The notes below the pieces were generated by a model. It saw only the letters and a program-made list of their open reading frames with translations, had not been told where the DNA came from and ran no database searches. A DNA stretch of 64,000 nt, taken from Slackia sp. (lineage in GTDB: Bacteria; Actinomycetota; Coriobacteriia; Coriobacteriales; Eggerthellaceae). Location of the stretch: the NCBI GenBank assembly GCA_030527325.1, contig JAUNBA010000004.1, forward strand, positions 59,748-123,747. The letters run 5' to 3'. The position numbers and the translations under genes were made by a program. This document shows positions 42,897-53,391 of this stretch, one piece after another; the stretch's first letter is position 1; every line of letters starts with the position of its first letter.

Positions 42897-43747
42897 TGCC
42901 TATCGGTCCGGCGCGTATGCCCCTTTTCGATCATCTGGGCGAGCTGCGCATGCGTCTTGTCCGCATCGTGGTCAGCCTCTTCATCGCCATGTGCATCTTC
43001 TATATGGCGACGCCCACCATCATCCAGTTCATGTGCCTTCCGGTGTATGACTACCTGCCGAAAGACCCCACGACCGGCGCCATCGCGCTCAACGTGTTCG
43101 ACGTTTTCGGATCGTTCACCATTCGCTTCAAGGTTGCGTTATGGACGTCGGTGGTGGCCTGCATGCCCATCATTCTGTGGCAGATCCTGGCGTTTTTCCT
43201 GCCTGCGCTGAAGCCTAACGAGCGCAAGTGGTTCATCCCCACGTTCGTCGCGGGCGTCCTGCTGTTCGTGGGCGGCACGGTGTTCTGCTACACGCTCATC
43301 TTGAACCCCGCCGTGCAGTGGCTCACTGATCAGGCGAACGGATTCGCGAACATCTTCCCCGACGCCAAGGCCTGGATCGACGTCATCATCAATTTCGAGC
43401 TGGCGTTCGGCTTCGCCTTCGAGCTGCCGTTGGTCGTGTTCTACCTGGTCGTGTTCGAGATCATCCCGTATGCCAAGCTGCGCAATTCCTGGCGTACCGT
43501 CTATATCGTGCTCATGGTCATTTCCGCCATGGTCACGCTGGACGCTTCTCCTGTCACCATGCTCATGATGTTCGCCGCGTTGCTCATGCTCTACGAGGTC
43601 AGCTTGCTGGTGGCGCGCCTGGTGCTGGGCAACCGCGTGAAGAAGCAGAAGGAAGAGGCCGAGCGCGAGGCGCGCGAAGAGGCCGAATGGAAAGAGGAGT
43701 GGAACGAGAAGAAAGAAGCCATGATGAAGCGTCTTTCCGACGAATAA
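42896..43747 (+). CDS. tatC: Twin-arginine translocase TatC
   Basis: MPLFDHLGELRMRL, FFLPALKPNE, FELP and LYE motifs. Confidence 0.95.
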   Translation: MPIGPARMPLFDHLGELRMRLVRIVVSLFIAMCIFYMATPTIIQFMCLPVYDYLPKDPTTGAIALNVFDVFGSFTIRFKVALWTSVVACMPIILWQILAFFLPALKPNERKWFIPTFVAGVLLFVGGTVFCYTLILNPAVQWLTDQANGFANIFPDAKAWIDVIINFELAFGFAFELPLVVFYLVVFEIIPYAKLRNSWRTVYIVLMVISAMVTLDASPVTMLMMFAALLMLYEVSLLVARLVLGNRVKKQKEEAEREAREEAEWKEEWNEKKEAMMKRLSDE

Positions 43748-43783
43748 TCCACGCCCCTCGTATCGTTTGTTCATGGTATTGCG

Positions 43784-43820
43784 AACCGCCGCCGCACGTG
43801 TTTGTGCGACGGCGGTTTTT
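43784..43820 (+). terminator. Intrinsic terminator after tatC
   Basis: AACCGCCGCCGCAC...GTGCGACGGCGGTTTTT stem followed by a T-run. Confidence 0.65.
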
Positions 43821-43910
43821 CGATATGGGTCTGATTTTGCCAATGGTCGAAATCGGCCTGGCCCCGACTCTGTTCGAAACAGGGTCGGATTTCTTTTTCG
43901 CCTCGATTAT

Positions 43911-44564
43911 TCAGCGCCAATCTGGGCGTCCCCCGCGACGCCCTTGCGGTTTAATTGGATGCGTCTCTGGCGGCACCTTGCTTTTTTGCTCATCGTGCCT
44001 TTGCTTGATTGCCTTCATTTCCGCAATGACCCCTTTGCCAAGGGGGCTGTTGAAAAAAAGCGGGGAGAACTCGAAGAAATCGACGCCCTTCATATTACCG
44101 AGCGCAGAAGTGGCGCCGTTGGCGATGAATTCCATGCGAACACGCTCATCGAATGACAGATCCAATGGATTGATTTCGATGGCTTTAAGCCACATTTCCA
44201 TAAATGAGTCGACGACGATGCTGCGAAGGAGCCCCGATTCGCTCGAAGCGAAAGCGATGATGCGTTTCGAGCGCTCGTCTATCGACTCCATGTCGTATGA
44301 AATCACCCTTTCGAATGCCGCACCCGATTCTCGCAGGATGAGGGCGGGGAGTTCCTTGACGAGGTTCTCATCGAATGCGCTGCGCGCTACGGCTTCGATG
44401 TTGGCGTAGTGGTAATAAATCGTATTCGGGCTGACGCAGGCTGTCCTGGCGAGGGCGGATACGGTTATGCCATCGTAATCTTTCTGTTCGAGCAGCTTCC
44501 AGAAGGCTTCTTCTATTCTTGCTCGCGCTGAAGGGCCGTGGTCGTCTTTTCTCGGTCGTGCCAT
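43911..44564 (-). CDS. TetR/AcrR family regulator
   Basis: MARPRK...ARIEEAFWKLL...ITVSALARTACVSPNTIYYHY N-terminal HTH. Confidence 0.9.
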   Translation of the reverse strand: MARPRKDDHGPSARARIEEAFWKLLEQKDYDGITVSALARTACVSPNTIYYHYANIEAVARSAFDENLVKELPALILRESGAAFERVISYDMESIDERSKRIIAFASSESGLLRSIVVDSFMEMWLKAIEINPLDLSFDERVRMEFIANGATSALGNMKGVDFFEFSPLFFNSPLGKGVIAEMKAIKQRHDEQKSKVPPETHPIKPQGRRGGRPDWR

Positions 44565-44576
44565 GACGTTCCTTTG

Positions 44577-44635
44577 AAATAGTAACAAGTTTTCGAATCG
44601 TTCGGTTTTTTATAAATAGTAACAATATTACTATT
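44577..44635. promoter_or_regulatory. Probable TetR operator pair
   Basis: Perfect palindrome AATAGTAA-N5-TTACTATT (44615-44635), plus a second AAATAGTAACAA copy at 44577-44588, between divergent genes. Confidence 0.7.
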
Positions 44636-44689
44636 CTTATGAGCAGCATATTGTTCTTTATACGATATGAACAGGGAAAAGGAGAGGTC

Positions 44690-45934
44690 ATGATTGTAAC
44701 GAAAGAGGCAATAAGCCGCCGTGCGTTCGCTGTACCCCTTATTGTAGGATTGGTCGTTTTTTGCGTGCTGGGACTTGCGATGGCGCCGATGTTTCGTGCG
44801 TCGTTGAGCGGTGTGCCGATGGCCTTCGTCAATCTCGACGAAGGCGTGCAGCTTCCCACGGGCGGTTCCTTCAATGCGGGCGATGCCATTGAATCGGCGG
44901 TTACGGGGTCGACGTCGTCGGACAATGCGGAGGCGTCTATTGTTTGGACAAAGCTTGAAAGTCGCGAGGATCTCGACGCGGCGATGCTGCGCGGTGATTT
45001 TTATGGAGCGCTGGTTATTCCCTCTGATTTTACGAATCAGGCCATGGAAGGGCAGAAAGCTGTTGCGCAGGTTTTGCAGGAAGGGGTTTCATCGTTTGCC
45101 GCACCGAGCGCATTGTCGCCCGAAATCGCACAAGCTGCGCAAGCCCAGGCGTTGCAGGCGATGGCTGCAGATGTGATGCAGGCGCAGAAAACCGCCGCGA
45201 AACCGACGATCGATGTGGTTCTCAATACGGCAAAAAACCCGATGGTCGCTCAGAATATGCAGTTGGCGATTTCGGCGATGTGCGCACAGGCCGGAGTGCA
45301 GCCCAATGTGGCGAGCGTCGGCTCTGCCGATATGGGTGACAGTCCTTTGGCTCCAATGATGAGCGTGCAGTTCATGGTGCTGCCTCTTTTCATCATGTCC
45401 TTGGCCATGGGGGGTGTTTTCGTGGCGCTGCGTTGGTCTCGCATCCATTCGTCGCGGGCGGCAAAAACACGTGAAATCGGCATTCAGGTTGCGTATTGCG
45501 CCGTTGCTTCGTTGATTGCCGCGACGATTGCATATGGAATGGTGTCGCTTATCGGCGGCATAGAGATCGGCGTGCAAGCGTTGCTTCTTCTCTGGCTGGC
45601 GAGTTTCTGCTTGATGGTCGCCATGACGGGTTTGTGCGATATCGCTATGCCCCTTGGGGTCATTGTCATGGTGGTCGTTTTCGCGCTCGGTATGGGCACG
45701 GCTGTGCTGCCCGACGCTATGCTTCCTGATTTCTGGGCGGACATGGTTCTGCCATGGGCTCCGCAGTTCTGCATAGGAGAGGGGCTGCGTGGAATCATCT
45801 ACCTTGGAGAGGGCGCGTTCGATGCAGGAGTGGCGCCGCTTTTGGCGTGGGCGTTTGTCGGTGTCGCGGCATATGCCGTGGCTATCGCATTGCCTCCCCG
45901 AGCTGAAGAGGGGAGCGCATCCGTTTCCGAGTAG
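44690..45934 (+). CDS. YhgE/Pip-like (ABC-2/DUF3533-type) membrane protein
   Basis: N-terminal TM, PMAFVNLDEG and FYGALVIPSDFT motifs, about 5 C-terminal TMs. Confidence 0.75.
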   Translation: MIVTKEAISRRAFAVPLIVGLVVFCVLGLAMAPMFRASLSGVPMAFVNLDEGVQLPTGGSFNAGDAIESAVTGSTSSDNAEASIVWTKLESREDLDAAMLRGDFYGALVIPSDFTNQAMEGQKAVAQVLQEGVSSFAAPSALSPEIAQAAQAQALQAMAADVMQAQKTAAKPTIDVVLNTAKNPMVAQNMQLAISAMCAQAGVQPNVASVGSADMGDSPLAPMMSVQFMVLPLFIMSLAMGGVFVALRWSRIHSSRAAKTREIGIQVAYCAVASLIAATIAYGMVSLIGGIEIGVQALLLLWLASFCLMVAMTGLCDIAMPLGVIVMVVVFALGMGTAVLPDAMLPDFWADMVLPWAPQFCIGEGLRGIIYLGEGAFDAGVAPLLAWAFVGVAAYAVAIALPPRAEEGSASVSE

Positions 45935-45953
45935 CGGTGTCTATGGATGGGGG

Positions 45954-45985
45954 AGACGCGGCCTCTTCGGGGCCGCGTCTTGTTT
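45954..45985 (+). terminator. Intrinsic terminator
   Basis: AGACGCGGCCTC-TTCG-GGGCCGCGTCT followed by TGTTT. Confidence 0.65.
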
Positions 45986-46183
45986 GCTGCCTCAGGTTTG
46001 TTGCACGGGTTTCGAATTCGCCTGCGAACAGCAGTCTCATGCGGATTCTTGCAATACTTCTTTTACTGCCAAGCTACCCGTCATGCGGATTCGATTGAAG
46101 GTGGGAAGGACGTCGCATGCTCGTCGATTCTGCGTTAGGATGGCCCCGGGGCCCGGCGCGGGTTTGCAGACGAAAGGGGCGAC

Positions 46184-46693
46184 ATGCACGAATTGGGAAT
46201 CATGACGGGCGTGGTCGATGCGGTGAATGAGGCCGCACGCGCCAGCAAAGCGGTGCGCGTGTTGAAGGTTTCGCTCTCCGTGGGCGTGATGACCGAGGCG
46301 GTCGAGGATGCGCTGCAGTTCGCCTTCGAGGTTCTGTGCGAATCCGAGCCGCTGTTGCGCGGCGCGCAGCTCGAGATATCCATGGTCGAGCCGAAAAGCC
46401 GCTGCCTGGATTGCGGGGCGGTGTTCTCGCACGACAGGTTCCACGTGACCTGCCCTTCGTGCGGAGGTTTCGCCGAGCTTTTGGAGGGCAAGGACCTGCG
46501 CATCGATAGCATCGAGGTCGATTTGCCCGATGACGAGCCGGAAACGGCCGGCGCGTCGGACGGCGAAGCGGCGGTCGATGGGGAGCGGCTTTGCGACGGG
46601 TCGGAAGGCGAAGCGTCCTGTGGACGCGCGCCGGGAGCGCCTGGGTGCGCCGGCGAAGCGCACGACGGCTGCGCGACCCGCGCGACCGCTTGA
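46184..46693 (+). CDS. hypA: Hydrogenase nickel metallochaperone HypA
   Basis: N-terminal MHE and two CxxC motifs (CLDC, CPSC). C-terminal extension present. Confidence 0.92.
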   Translation: MHELGIMTGVVDAVNEAARASKAVRVLKVSLSVGVMTEAVEDALQFAFEVLCESEPLLRGAQLEISMVEPKSRCLDCGAVFSHDRFHVTCPSCGGFAELLEGKDLRIDSIEVDLPDDEPETAGASDGEAAVDGERLCDGSEGEASCGRAPGAPGCAGEAHDGCATRATA

Positions 46694-46739
46694 GGGATAC
46701 GGACCGTGCCGCGGCACGGAGCACGATAGGAGGAACGTC

Positions 46740-47396
46740 GTGAAGATAGATCTGAAGCAGCCTATTCTCGATAAGAACGACCGTCTCGCCGCCGAAAACA
46801 GGGCGCGATTCAAAGAGAAGGGCGTGTTCGTGCTCGACCTGCTGGCGAGCCCCGGATCGGGAAAGACCTCGACCATTCTGGCCACCATCGAGGCGCTGCG
46901 CGACGAATACAACATCGCCGTCATCGAGGGCGATATCGCGAGCAACGTCGATGCCGCGCGCATCAGCGCGCAAGGAATCGCCGCGGTGCAGATCAACACC
47001 GGCGGCGCATGCCACCTCGAAAGCGACATGATTCGTCGCGCCGTCGACGCGCTCGACCTCGACAGCCTCGATCTGATCATCGTCGAGAACGTGGGCAATC
47101 TGGTGTGCCCGACCGATTTCGATCTGGGCGAAGGCGCCAAAGTCATGATCTTGTCGGTTCCCGAGGGCGACGACAAGCCGCTCAAGTATCCCGGAGTCTT
47201 TCAGGCGTCGGAGGCCGTCATCCTGAACAAGGTGGACACCATGGAGGTCTTCGATTTCAACGAGCAGGCGTTTCGCGATGCGGTGACGCAGCTCAATCCG
47301 ACGGCGCCTATCTTCCCCGTATCGGCAACCAAAGGCGCGGGCATCGATGCGTGGGCCGATTGGCTGCGCGCGAAGATCGAGGCGTTCCGCGCATAG
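46740..47396 (+). CDS. hypB: Hydrogenase nickel incorporation GTPase HypB
   Basis: SPGSGKT, TGGACHL, ENVGNLVCP, EGDDKPLKYP and NKVD motifs. GTG start after AGGAGG. Confidence 0.95.
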   Translation: MKIDLKQPILDKNDRLAAENRARFKEKGVFVLDLLASPGSGKTSTILATIEALRDEYNIAVIEGDIASNVDAARISAQGIAAVQINTGGACHLESDMIRRAVDALDLDSLDLIIVENVGNLVCPTDFDLGEGAKVMILSVPEGDDKPLKYPGVFQASEAVILNKVDTMEVFDFNEQAFRDAVTQLNPTAPIFPVSATKGAGIDAWADWLRAKIEAFRA

Positions 47397-47827
47397 CGCG
47401 CGAAGGCCGGCCCGGGCGTTCGGGTCTCTCGCGTCCGGCTTGTGCTTCAATGGGGCGCTCGCGCTTGGCAGCGTCGGGCATGTTAGGCCCGTGTCGTGGC
47501 GGGGCTGCCCGCATCCGGTATGCCCGGCCGTGCCGAAGGCCGTTGTTTTATCGTGGAGCAACCTGGCGTTTTCGGGATGGCTATCGCAATCGTTGCGGGC
47601 GGCTTTATCGCGGGCGCCATTGCCGCCTCGCCGCGCGCAATCCGAAAAACGGCCTTCAGATGCTCGGATGGCCTTTATCGACGCGGCGTCCGGCGAACAG
47701 ATTCATGCCGGGTTCGCTGGACGCCGCGTCGCGCCCGCCGCCGCCATCGATAAGGTGGCCGATAGCATGACGGCTGCATTCCGCGATGAGGCGTCGGGCG
47801 CTCGGGCAGGGGCGCCCGACGTGCTCG

Positions 47828-48466
47828 TTAAAGCGATATCGGCATGTCGAACAGCCAGGCCGCGGCATATCCCAGAAGCGCACCCGCCGCCGTGCACGCG
47901 ACGCCGATCGCCAGGGCTTTCACGGCGGCTTTCCACAAGGGGCCGTCGCCGTAGGCGGCCTTCATTTTCGCCTGGCGCGCGACGGTTCGATTCGAGCGCT
48001 GCGCACGGTCGATCGGCTCGCCCTTTTCGAACGCCAGGATTTCGCGGAAGGTTTGCACGTCGTTGTCGACCTTCAGTCGCTCTATCATCACGGATACCAC
48101 CATCGCGGCGGCCCACGGCGCCAATCCCAGCACGATACCCAAGGCTCCCCACAGGGCGACGCCTGCCATGGCGCACGGAATCATCGCGACGAGCAGTACG
48201 AACATTGCTATGCCTAGCACGCGCATCTTCTTCGCGTCGGCCGCGTTCACCGTCGTTTCCATCATTTCCAGGTCTCCTTTCACGAGCGCGTCTATCGTCG
48301 TGTCGAAAAGAACGCTGAGCATCAGGAGGCTTTGGATGTCGGGATAGGTTTTGTCCGTCTCCCAGTTCGATATGGTTTGGCGCGATACGTAGATGCGTTC
48401 GGCCAATTCCTCTTGGGAGAGCCCCTTTTCCATGCGGCGTTTTTTGATTTGGTTGCTGATGTCCAT
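47828..48466 (-). CDS. XRE-family HTH regulator with C-terminal TM segments
   Basis: LSQEELAERIYVSRQTISNWETDKTYPD followed by three hydrophobic helices. GAAAGGA RBS. Confidence 0.88.
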   Translation of the reverse strand: MDISNQIKKRRMEKGLSQEELAERIYVSRQTISNWETDKTYPDIQSLLMLSVLFDTTIDALVKGDLEMMETTVNAADAKKMRVLGIAMFVLLVAMIPCAMAGVALWGALGIVLGLAPWAAAMVVSVMIERLKVDNDVQTFREILAFEKGEPIDRAQRSNRTVARQAKMKAAYGDGPLWKAAVKALAIGVACTAAGALLGYAAAWLFDMPISL

Positions 48467-48723
48467 GGGGTTCCTTTCGACGGACCGCATCGTAGAGGGC
48501 GGTGCCATATTATGCAGCAAAATGTGTTTGACAACGGATTGAACTGGTGTTTTCGCGTTCCTTTGATGCGACGCGCAGACATGCTGCCATTGAGGTGCGC
48601 TACGAAGCGTCGCGCCGTCGGCGCCGTGCGGCTCGATGCAGAGCGGCGACGTGCCGAATTCGACTACGGTCGCGCCGTCGAAAAAACTCGCTGTCGGGAA
48701 AACTTGCTTTCGTGGCAAAAAAA

Positions 48724-48867
48724 TGCGGGTATGGCGCAAGTTTTCTTGCGGGTCCGACGGATTGCATCTCTATGTCATTATTTACTCTACATTAACCATC
48801 TAATCGCGCATTAACTACGGGTTTCTGCCGGCTTGGATTTCACTTGTTGTGCCATAGCCGCAAAAAA
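48724..48867. repeat. Inverted-arm dispersed element, copy 4 (spacer 111 bp, degenerate, AT-rich interior, no core)
   Basis: TGCGGGTATGGCGC (48724-48737) and GTGCCATAGCCGCAAAAAA (48849-48867). Confidence 0.7.
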
Positions 48868-49574
48868 CTGGAACCAGGAGCGTGTTTTCCGGCGTTCTGC
48901 CCTCTGCGCTTGCCTATTCCGATATCGATTCCACCCTGCCGCTCATTATGCTGCCGTTCGCTTCGATGCCCATGCGCCACGATTCTGGTCGCGCCTATGG
49001 ATGCTTGCCTTGTCGTTTTCGTCTTCCGATGCCTGTTTTGATGTTCATCTGCCGCTGCGGTCGTCCATCCTGATGGTCGACCGCAGCACCTGCCCCGAGG
49101 CCGCCTTGCCCCGATTCCTGTTTCGATGCACTCGCTTCGATGTCCGAGCGCCTTGTCGGTTGCCTGCCCCGATGTTCGACCGCGGCACCTGACCCGAGGG
49201 CGACTTGTCCTGATCCCCGCCTTGATCGCTCGCTTTGATGTGCGAGCGTCTCGACGCTTTTCTATCCCGATGCGCGAGATTCGATGCAGCCGCATGGTTT
49301 CGAATCGCGATGCCGAGTCCGGGCGTCTCGGTCCGTATTGCCTTTGCGGCATTTCTTCCGCTACGCCGCCGTTGTCGACGCCGATTTGCCCAGCCGTCCC
49401 GACGGCGTCTTTCCGATCCCCGTCCATCCTTGATCAAGGGCGGCAAGCCTGCCATGGCTCTCGGCGCGTCCGGTTCGCGCCGTCTCGAGGAGGGCCCTGT
49501 CGATTCGCGGCCGATCTGGAGCTGGGCGGGCGCTACAATGGAGCGCATGTTTTGCTCTGTACGAAAGGATTATC

Positions 49575-50168
49575 ATGACGTATCTTCCCGAAGCGCAAGC
49601 GACCCTGTGGCAGCAGGCGAAAGGCATCGACCGCTCCCGCACGGCGGTGCTCGTCATCGACGTGTTGGGCGGCGATGACGGCGTGGTGCCCGGGCTCGAA
49701 GAAATGGCCCGCAATGCCGTGCGCATCGTGAAGGCTGCACGCGCGGCGGGCGTTCCCGTAGTGTTCGCCGACGACGCGCACATTGCGGGCATCGATAAGG
49801 AGATCGAGCTGTGGGGCGAGCATGGCATCGCGGGAACCGATGGCGCCCGTCCGCTGACGGAATTCGACGTGCAGGAGGGCGACTACATCGTTCCCAAGCG
49901 TCGGTACGACGGATTCTTCCAGACCGATTTGGAGTTGACGCTGCGCGAGCTGGGCGTCGACACGCTGATCGCGTTCGGTTGCGATACGAACATCTGCGTG
50001 CTGCAGACGCTCGCCGGCGCGTATTTCCGCGGATTCAAGACCGTGGTGCCGGCCGATGCGTGCGGCACGTTCCTCGTCGGCACGCAGGAACAGGGCCTCG
50101 AGTACTTCACGCGCTGCTACGACAGCCGCGTGGTGGATACCGAGACCGTCCTGGGCTATTTGGCGTAA
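49575..50168 (+). CDS. Isochorismatase-family cysteine hydrolase
   Basis: AVLVID, KRRYDGF and GCDTNICV supply the catalytic D-K-C triad. Confidence 0.9.
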   Translation: MTYLPEAQATLWQQAKGIDRSRTAVLVIDVLGGDDGVVPGLEEMARNAVRIVKAARAAGVPVVFADDAHIAGIDKEIELWGEHGIAGTDGARPLTEFDVQEGDYIVPKRRYDGFFQTDLELTLRELGVDTLIAFGCDTNICVLQTLAGAYFRGFKTVVPADACGTFLVGTQEQGLEYFTRCYDSRVVDTETVLGYLA

Positions 50169-50243
50169 AGCCGCAAGCAGGCGTGGGGTTTTAACGGGCA
50201 TAGCGGCGTGTCCGCCATCGAGGCGCCCCGCCGCCCCGGCGGC

Positions 50244-51080
50244 CTACGCTTCCAACTCGCGCAGCAACGTGCGTGCGCGCGCGGCGCACCACGTGCTGCC
50301 GCCGTTGCGCTCGACGAAGGTCAGAAGCGCCCGTTTTTCGTCTCGATCGGCGGTGCACTCCGCCTTGTGCAGGCTCGCCGTCACCCGTTCGATGGGCAGA
50401 AGCCCCGTGTCGGCCAAAATGGCGTCGGCGATGCCCAGCGCGCGTTCGCGATGCCCATCGCGCTCGCAAACGAGCAGCTCGTGCAAGGGTTCGAGCTCGG
50501 CGGCATGGAGATGCGCCTCGCGCGCCACCCTGCGTTGGGAGATGGCCTTCATGGCGTCGATGTAGTTCCTCAGTTTGTCGGGGTCGCGCAGGGCGAAGGC
50601 GCAATCGGCCATAAAGCTGTCGTAGGCGTACGCCACATCGGGCATGTCGGCGTACGGTTCGAGCGTGCGCATGAGTTTGATTGCCTCGTCCCATTTCCCC
50701 TGCCACAGCAGGCCGTAGGCGTATTCCCACACGCCGCGCATGAAATCGCCCGCGGGCCGTCCGCCCGCCAGAAACGCCAGGGTCCGGCGGCAGTACAGCG
50801 CCGGGTCGCATTGCATGTCGAGCGAAGAGGCGATCGCCTCTTCGAAGTTCTTGCGGGCCATGCTGCGCAGCACGATGCATACCGCGCCTACGGCCAGGCC
50901 CGATATCTGCACGAACAAGGGAAGCGCGACGAACGATCCGCCGATGCAGACGAAGCAGCCGGCGATGCCCGCGAAGCTCAGGATGCGGTATTGCTTCATG
51001 TGGGTGGAATCGACCCACTGCAGGGTTTCCTGGTCGGCGCGCGCGCCGACCGTGCGGGCTATGATGTCGGTTGCTTTCAT
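50244..51080 (-). CDS. Hypothetical membrane protein with TPR-like helical domain
   Basis: Two N-terminal TMs, helical repeats (QGKWDEAIKLM) and host-like codon usage. Confidence 0.65.
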   Translation of the reverse strand: MKATDIIARTVGARADQETLQWVDSTHMKQYRILSFAGIAGCFVCIGGSFVALPLFVQISGLAVGAVCIVLRSMARKNFEEAIASSLDMQCDPALYCRRTLAFLAGGRPAGDFMRGVWEYAYGLLWQGKWDEAIKLMRTLEPYADMPDVAYAYDSFMADCAFALRDPDKLRNYIDAMKAISQRRVAREAHLHAAELEPLHELLVCERDGHRERALGIADAILADTGLLPIERVTASLHKAECTADRDEKRALLTFVERNGGSTWCAARARTLLRELEA

Positions 51081-51270
51081 GGGTGCCTTTCGATGGTGCC
51101 GAAGCGTCTCGGAGAAGCATCAAGCATAGCGAATGCGGCGGCTTGCTGGGAAAACTGCAAGGAATCAGCGAATGGGGCGCGGGTGTACAATGGCCTCCGT
51201 TCAAGCCCGTCCACGCGGCGGGCAGGGTGGCGGAGCGCATCCACGCGTATCCGCAGGGGGAATCAGAGGT

Positions 51271-52437
51271 ATGTCCATGCAGTTTTCTTCACGTCTCGAT
51301 TCGTTCGGCGACGAGGTCTTCTCGACGCTGAACGCTCGTCGCCTCAAGCTCGAAGCCGAGGGGCGGCGCCTGTTCAACCTGTCCATCGGCACGCCGGATT
51401 TCGCGCCGATGGACCACGTGGTCTCGGCGCTGACCGACGCGGCGGCCGACCCTGCGAACTGGAAGTACGCCTTGGCCGATCTTCCCGAACTCAAGCAGGC
51501 GGTCTGCGATTACTACGAGCGCCGCTTCGGCGTCGGCGGCATCACGCCCGACATGGTGGCGTCGGTCAGCGGCACGCAGGAGGGCGTGGGCCATTTCGGC
51601 CTGGCCATGCTCGATCCGGGCGATACGGTGCTGGTGCCCGACCCGTGCTATCCGGTGTTTCGCGCGGGTGCTTTGCTCGCCGGCGCGCAGCTCGCCTATT
51701 ATCCGCTGCAGGCCGAGCATGATTTTCTGCCGTACGTGGACGGCATCGACCCCGCCGTGGCCGATCGCGCCAAGTACATGATCGTCTCCCTTCCGTCGAA
51801 TCCGGTGGGAAGCGTGGGAACCCCCGAAGTCTACGAGCGCATCATCGCCTTCGCGCGCGAGCACGATTTGCTGATCGTGCACGACAACGCCTACAGCGAC
51901 ATCGTCTACGACGGGCCTGCGGGCAAGAGCTTCTTCAGCTATCCGGGGGCCCTCGAAGTCGGCGTGGAGTTCTTCTCGCTGTCGAAGTCGTTCAACGTGA
52001 CGGGCGCGCGCATCGGTTTTCTCGTCGGCCGCGCCGACGTGGTGGCGGCGTTCGCGAAGCTGCGCAGCCAGATAGACTTCGGCATGTTCCTGCCGGTGCA
52101 GAAAGCCGCCATCGCGGCGTTGACCGGGCCGCTTGACCAGGTCGAAGACCAGCGCATGAAGTATCAGGCGCGCCGCGACGCGCTCTGCGACGGCCTGGAA
52201 GCCATCGGGTGGGAGCGGCCCAACGCGCATGGAACGATGTTCGTGTGGGCGAAGCTGCCGGGCGGCAGGCGCGATTCGACGGCGTTTTGCGAGGAGCTCA
52301 TGGAGCGCGCCGGCGTTATCGTGACGCCCGGCGCAAGCTTCGGCCCCTCGGGCGAGGGGTACGTGCGCATGGCGTTGATCCTGCCGCCCGACGAGTTGCG
52401 CTGCGCGGTGGACGCCATCGCCGCCGCAGGGCTGTAG
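51271..52437 (+). CDS. Class I/II PLP aminotransferase (DapC/DapL-like)
   Basis: NLSIGTPD, PSNPVG, HDNAY and SLSKSFNVTGARIG motifs. Confidence 0.9.
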   Translation: MSMQFSSRLDSFGDEVFSTLNARRLKLEAEGRRLFNLSIGTPDFAPMDHVVSALTDAAADPANWKYALADLPELKQAVCDYYERRFGVGGITPDMVASVSGTQEGVGHFGLAMLDPGDTVLVPDPCYPVFRAGALLAGAQLAYYPLQAEHDFLPYVDGIDPAVADRAKYMIVSLPSNPVGSVGTPEVYERIIAFAREHDLLIVHDNAYSDIVYDGPAGKSFFSYPGALEVGVEFFSLSKSFNVTGARIGFLVGRADVVAAFAKLRSQIDFGMFLPVQKAAIAALTGPLDQVEDQRMKYQARRDALCDGLEAIGWERPNAHGTMFVWAKLPGGRRDSTAFCEELMERAGVIVTPGASFGPSGEGYVRMALILPPDELRCAVDAIAAAGL

Positions 52438-52545
52438 CATGACGCGAAGCCGCGCGCGGTCGGGCGGGCGCCCTGCGGCGCGCGGCTTGCGCGACACGGA
52501 AGAAAGAAAGGAGGGCCGCGCCCGCCGCTGCGGCTCTCGGGAAGG

Positions 52546-53391
52546 ATGAATGCGTTGGATATCGAGGAAAAATACCGTGCATGCGTGGACGGCCTGGCCG
52601 CGTTCGCCGAGGGCATCGGCATGGACGAGGCGGTCATCGGGCTTTCGGGCGGCATCGATTCGAGCCTCGTCGCCTGCATGTGCGTCGATGCGTTCGGCGC
52701 CGACCGCGTGCATGGCTACATGATGCCCGGCCCCTATTCGAGCGAGCACTCCTTGGTCGACGCGCAGGAGCTCGCGTTCAATCTGGGCATGAAGGCCGAG
52801 CGCATATCCATCGACGAGCCGTTCGAGGCCTTCGTGCGCGCTCTTTCGGGGCATTGCGTGATGTCGTGCGGCCTGGCGGCCGAGAATACCCAGTCGCGCT
52901 GCCGCATGACGGTGCTCATGGCCTTGGCCAACGCGCATGGCTGGATGATGGTCAATACGGGCAACAAGAGCGAATCCATGATGGGGTATTCCACGCTGTA
53001 CGGCGATACGGCGGGCGCCTTCGCTCCGATCGGCGGCCTGTATAAGACGGACGTGTTCGCTTTGTCGCGCTGGCTGGACGAACGGGCCGCAGCGGCGGGG
53101 CAGACGCCGCCCATTCCGCATCACGTGCTCGTCAAGCCGCCGAGCGCCGAGCTTGCGCCCGACCAGCGCGACGAGGACACGCTGGGCGCGTACGATGCGC
53201 TGGACGCGTTGCTGGTCGATTATGTGGAGCGCGGGATCGATCGCTCGGCGCTTGTGGCGGCGGGCCATGATGCGGCCGAGGTCGAGCGGGTGACGGCGCG
53301 CGTGGACGCCTACGCCTTCAAACGCGCGCTCGAGCCGCCGTTTCCGCCCATTCCGTACGACGACGGCGTCATTGCTGGAACAGGTCGATGA
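52546..53391 (+). CDS. nadE: NH3-dependent NAD+ synthetase
   Basis: GLSGGIDSS, TGNKSE...GYSTLYGD and KPPSAEL motifs. Confidence 0.93.
   Translation: MNALDIEEKYRACVDGLAAFAEGIGMDEAVIGLSGGIDSSLVACMCVDAFGADRVHGYMMPGPYSSEHSLVDAQELAFNLGMKAERISIDEPFEAFVRALSGHCVMSCGLAAENTQSRCRMTVLMALANAHGWMMVNTGNKSESMMGYSTLYGDTAGAFAPIGGLYKTDVFALSRWLDERAAAAGQTPPIPHHVLVKPPSAELAPDQRDEDTLGAYDALDALLVDYVERGIDRSALVAAGHDAAEVERVTARVDAYAFKRALEPPFPPIPYDDGVIAGTGR

Noticed and set aside
47496-47753. Short ORF with a hydrophobic patch after hypB
   Set aside because: No RBS or recognisable family; cannot be distinguished from a chance ORF.
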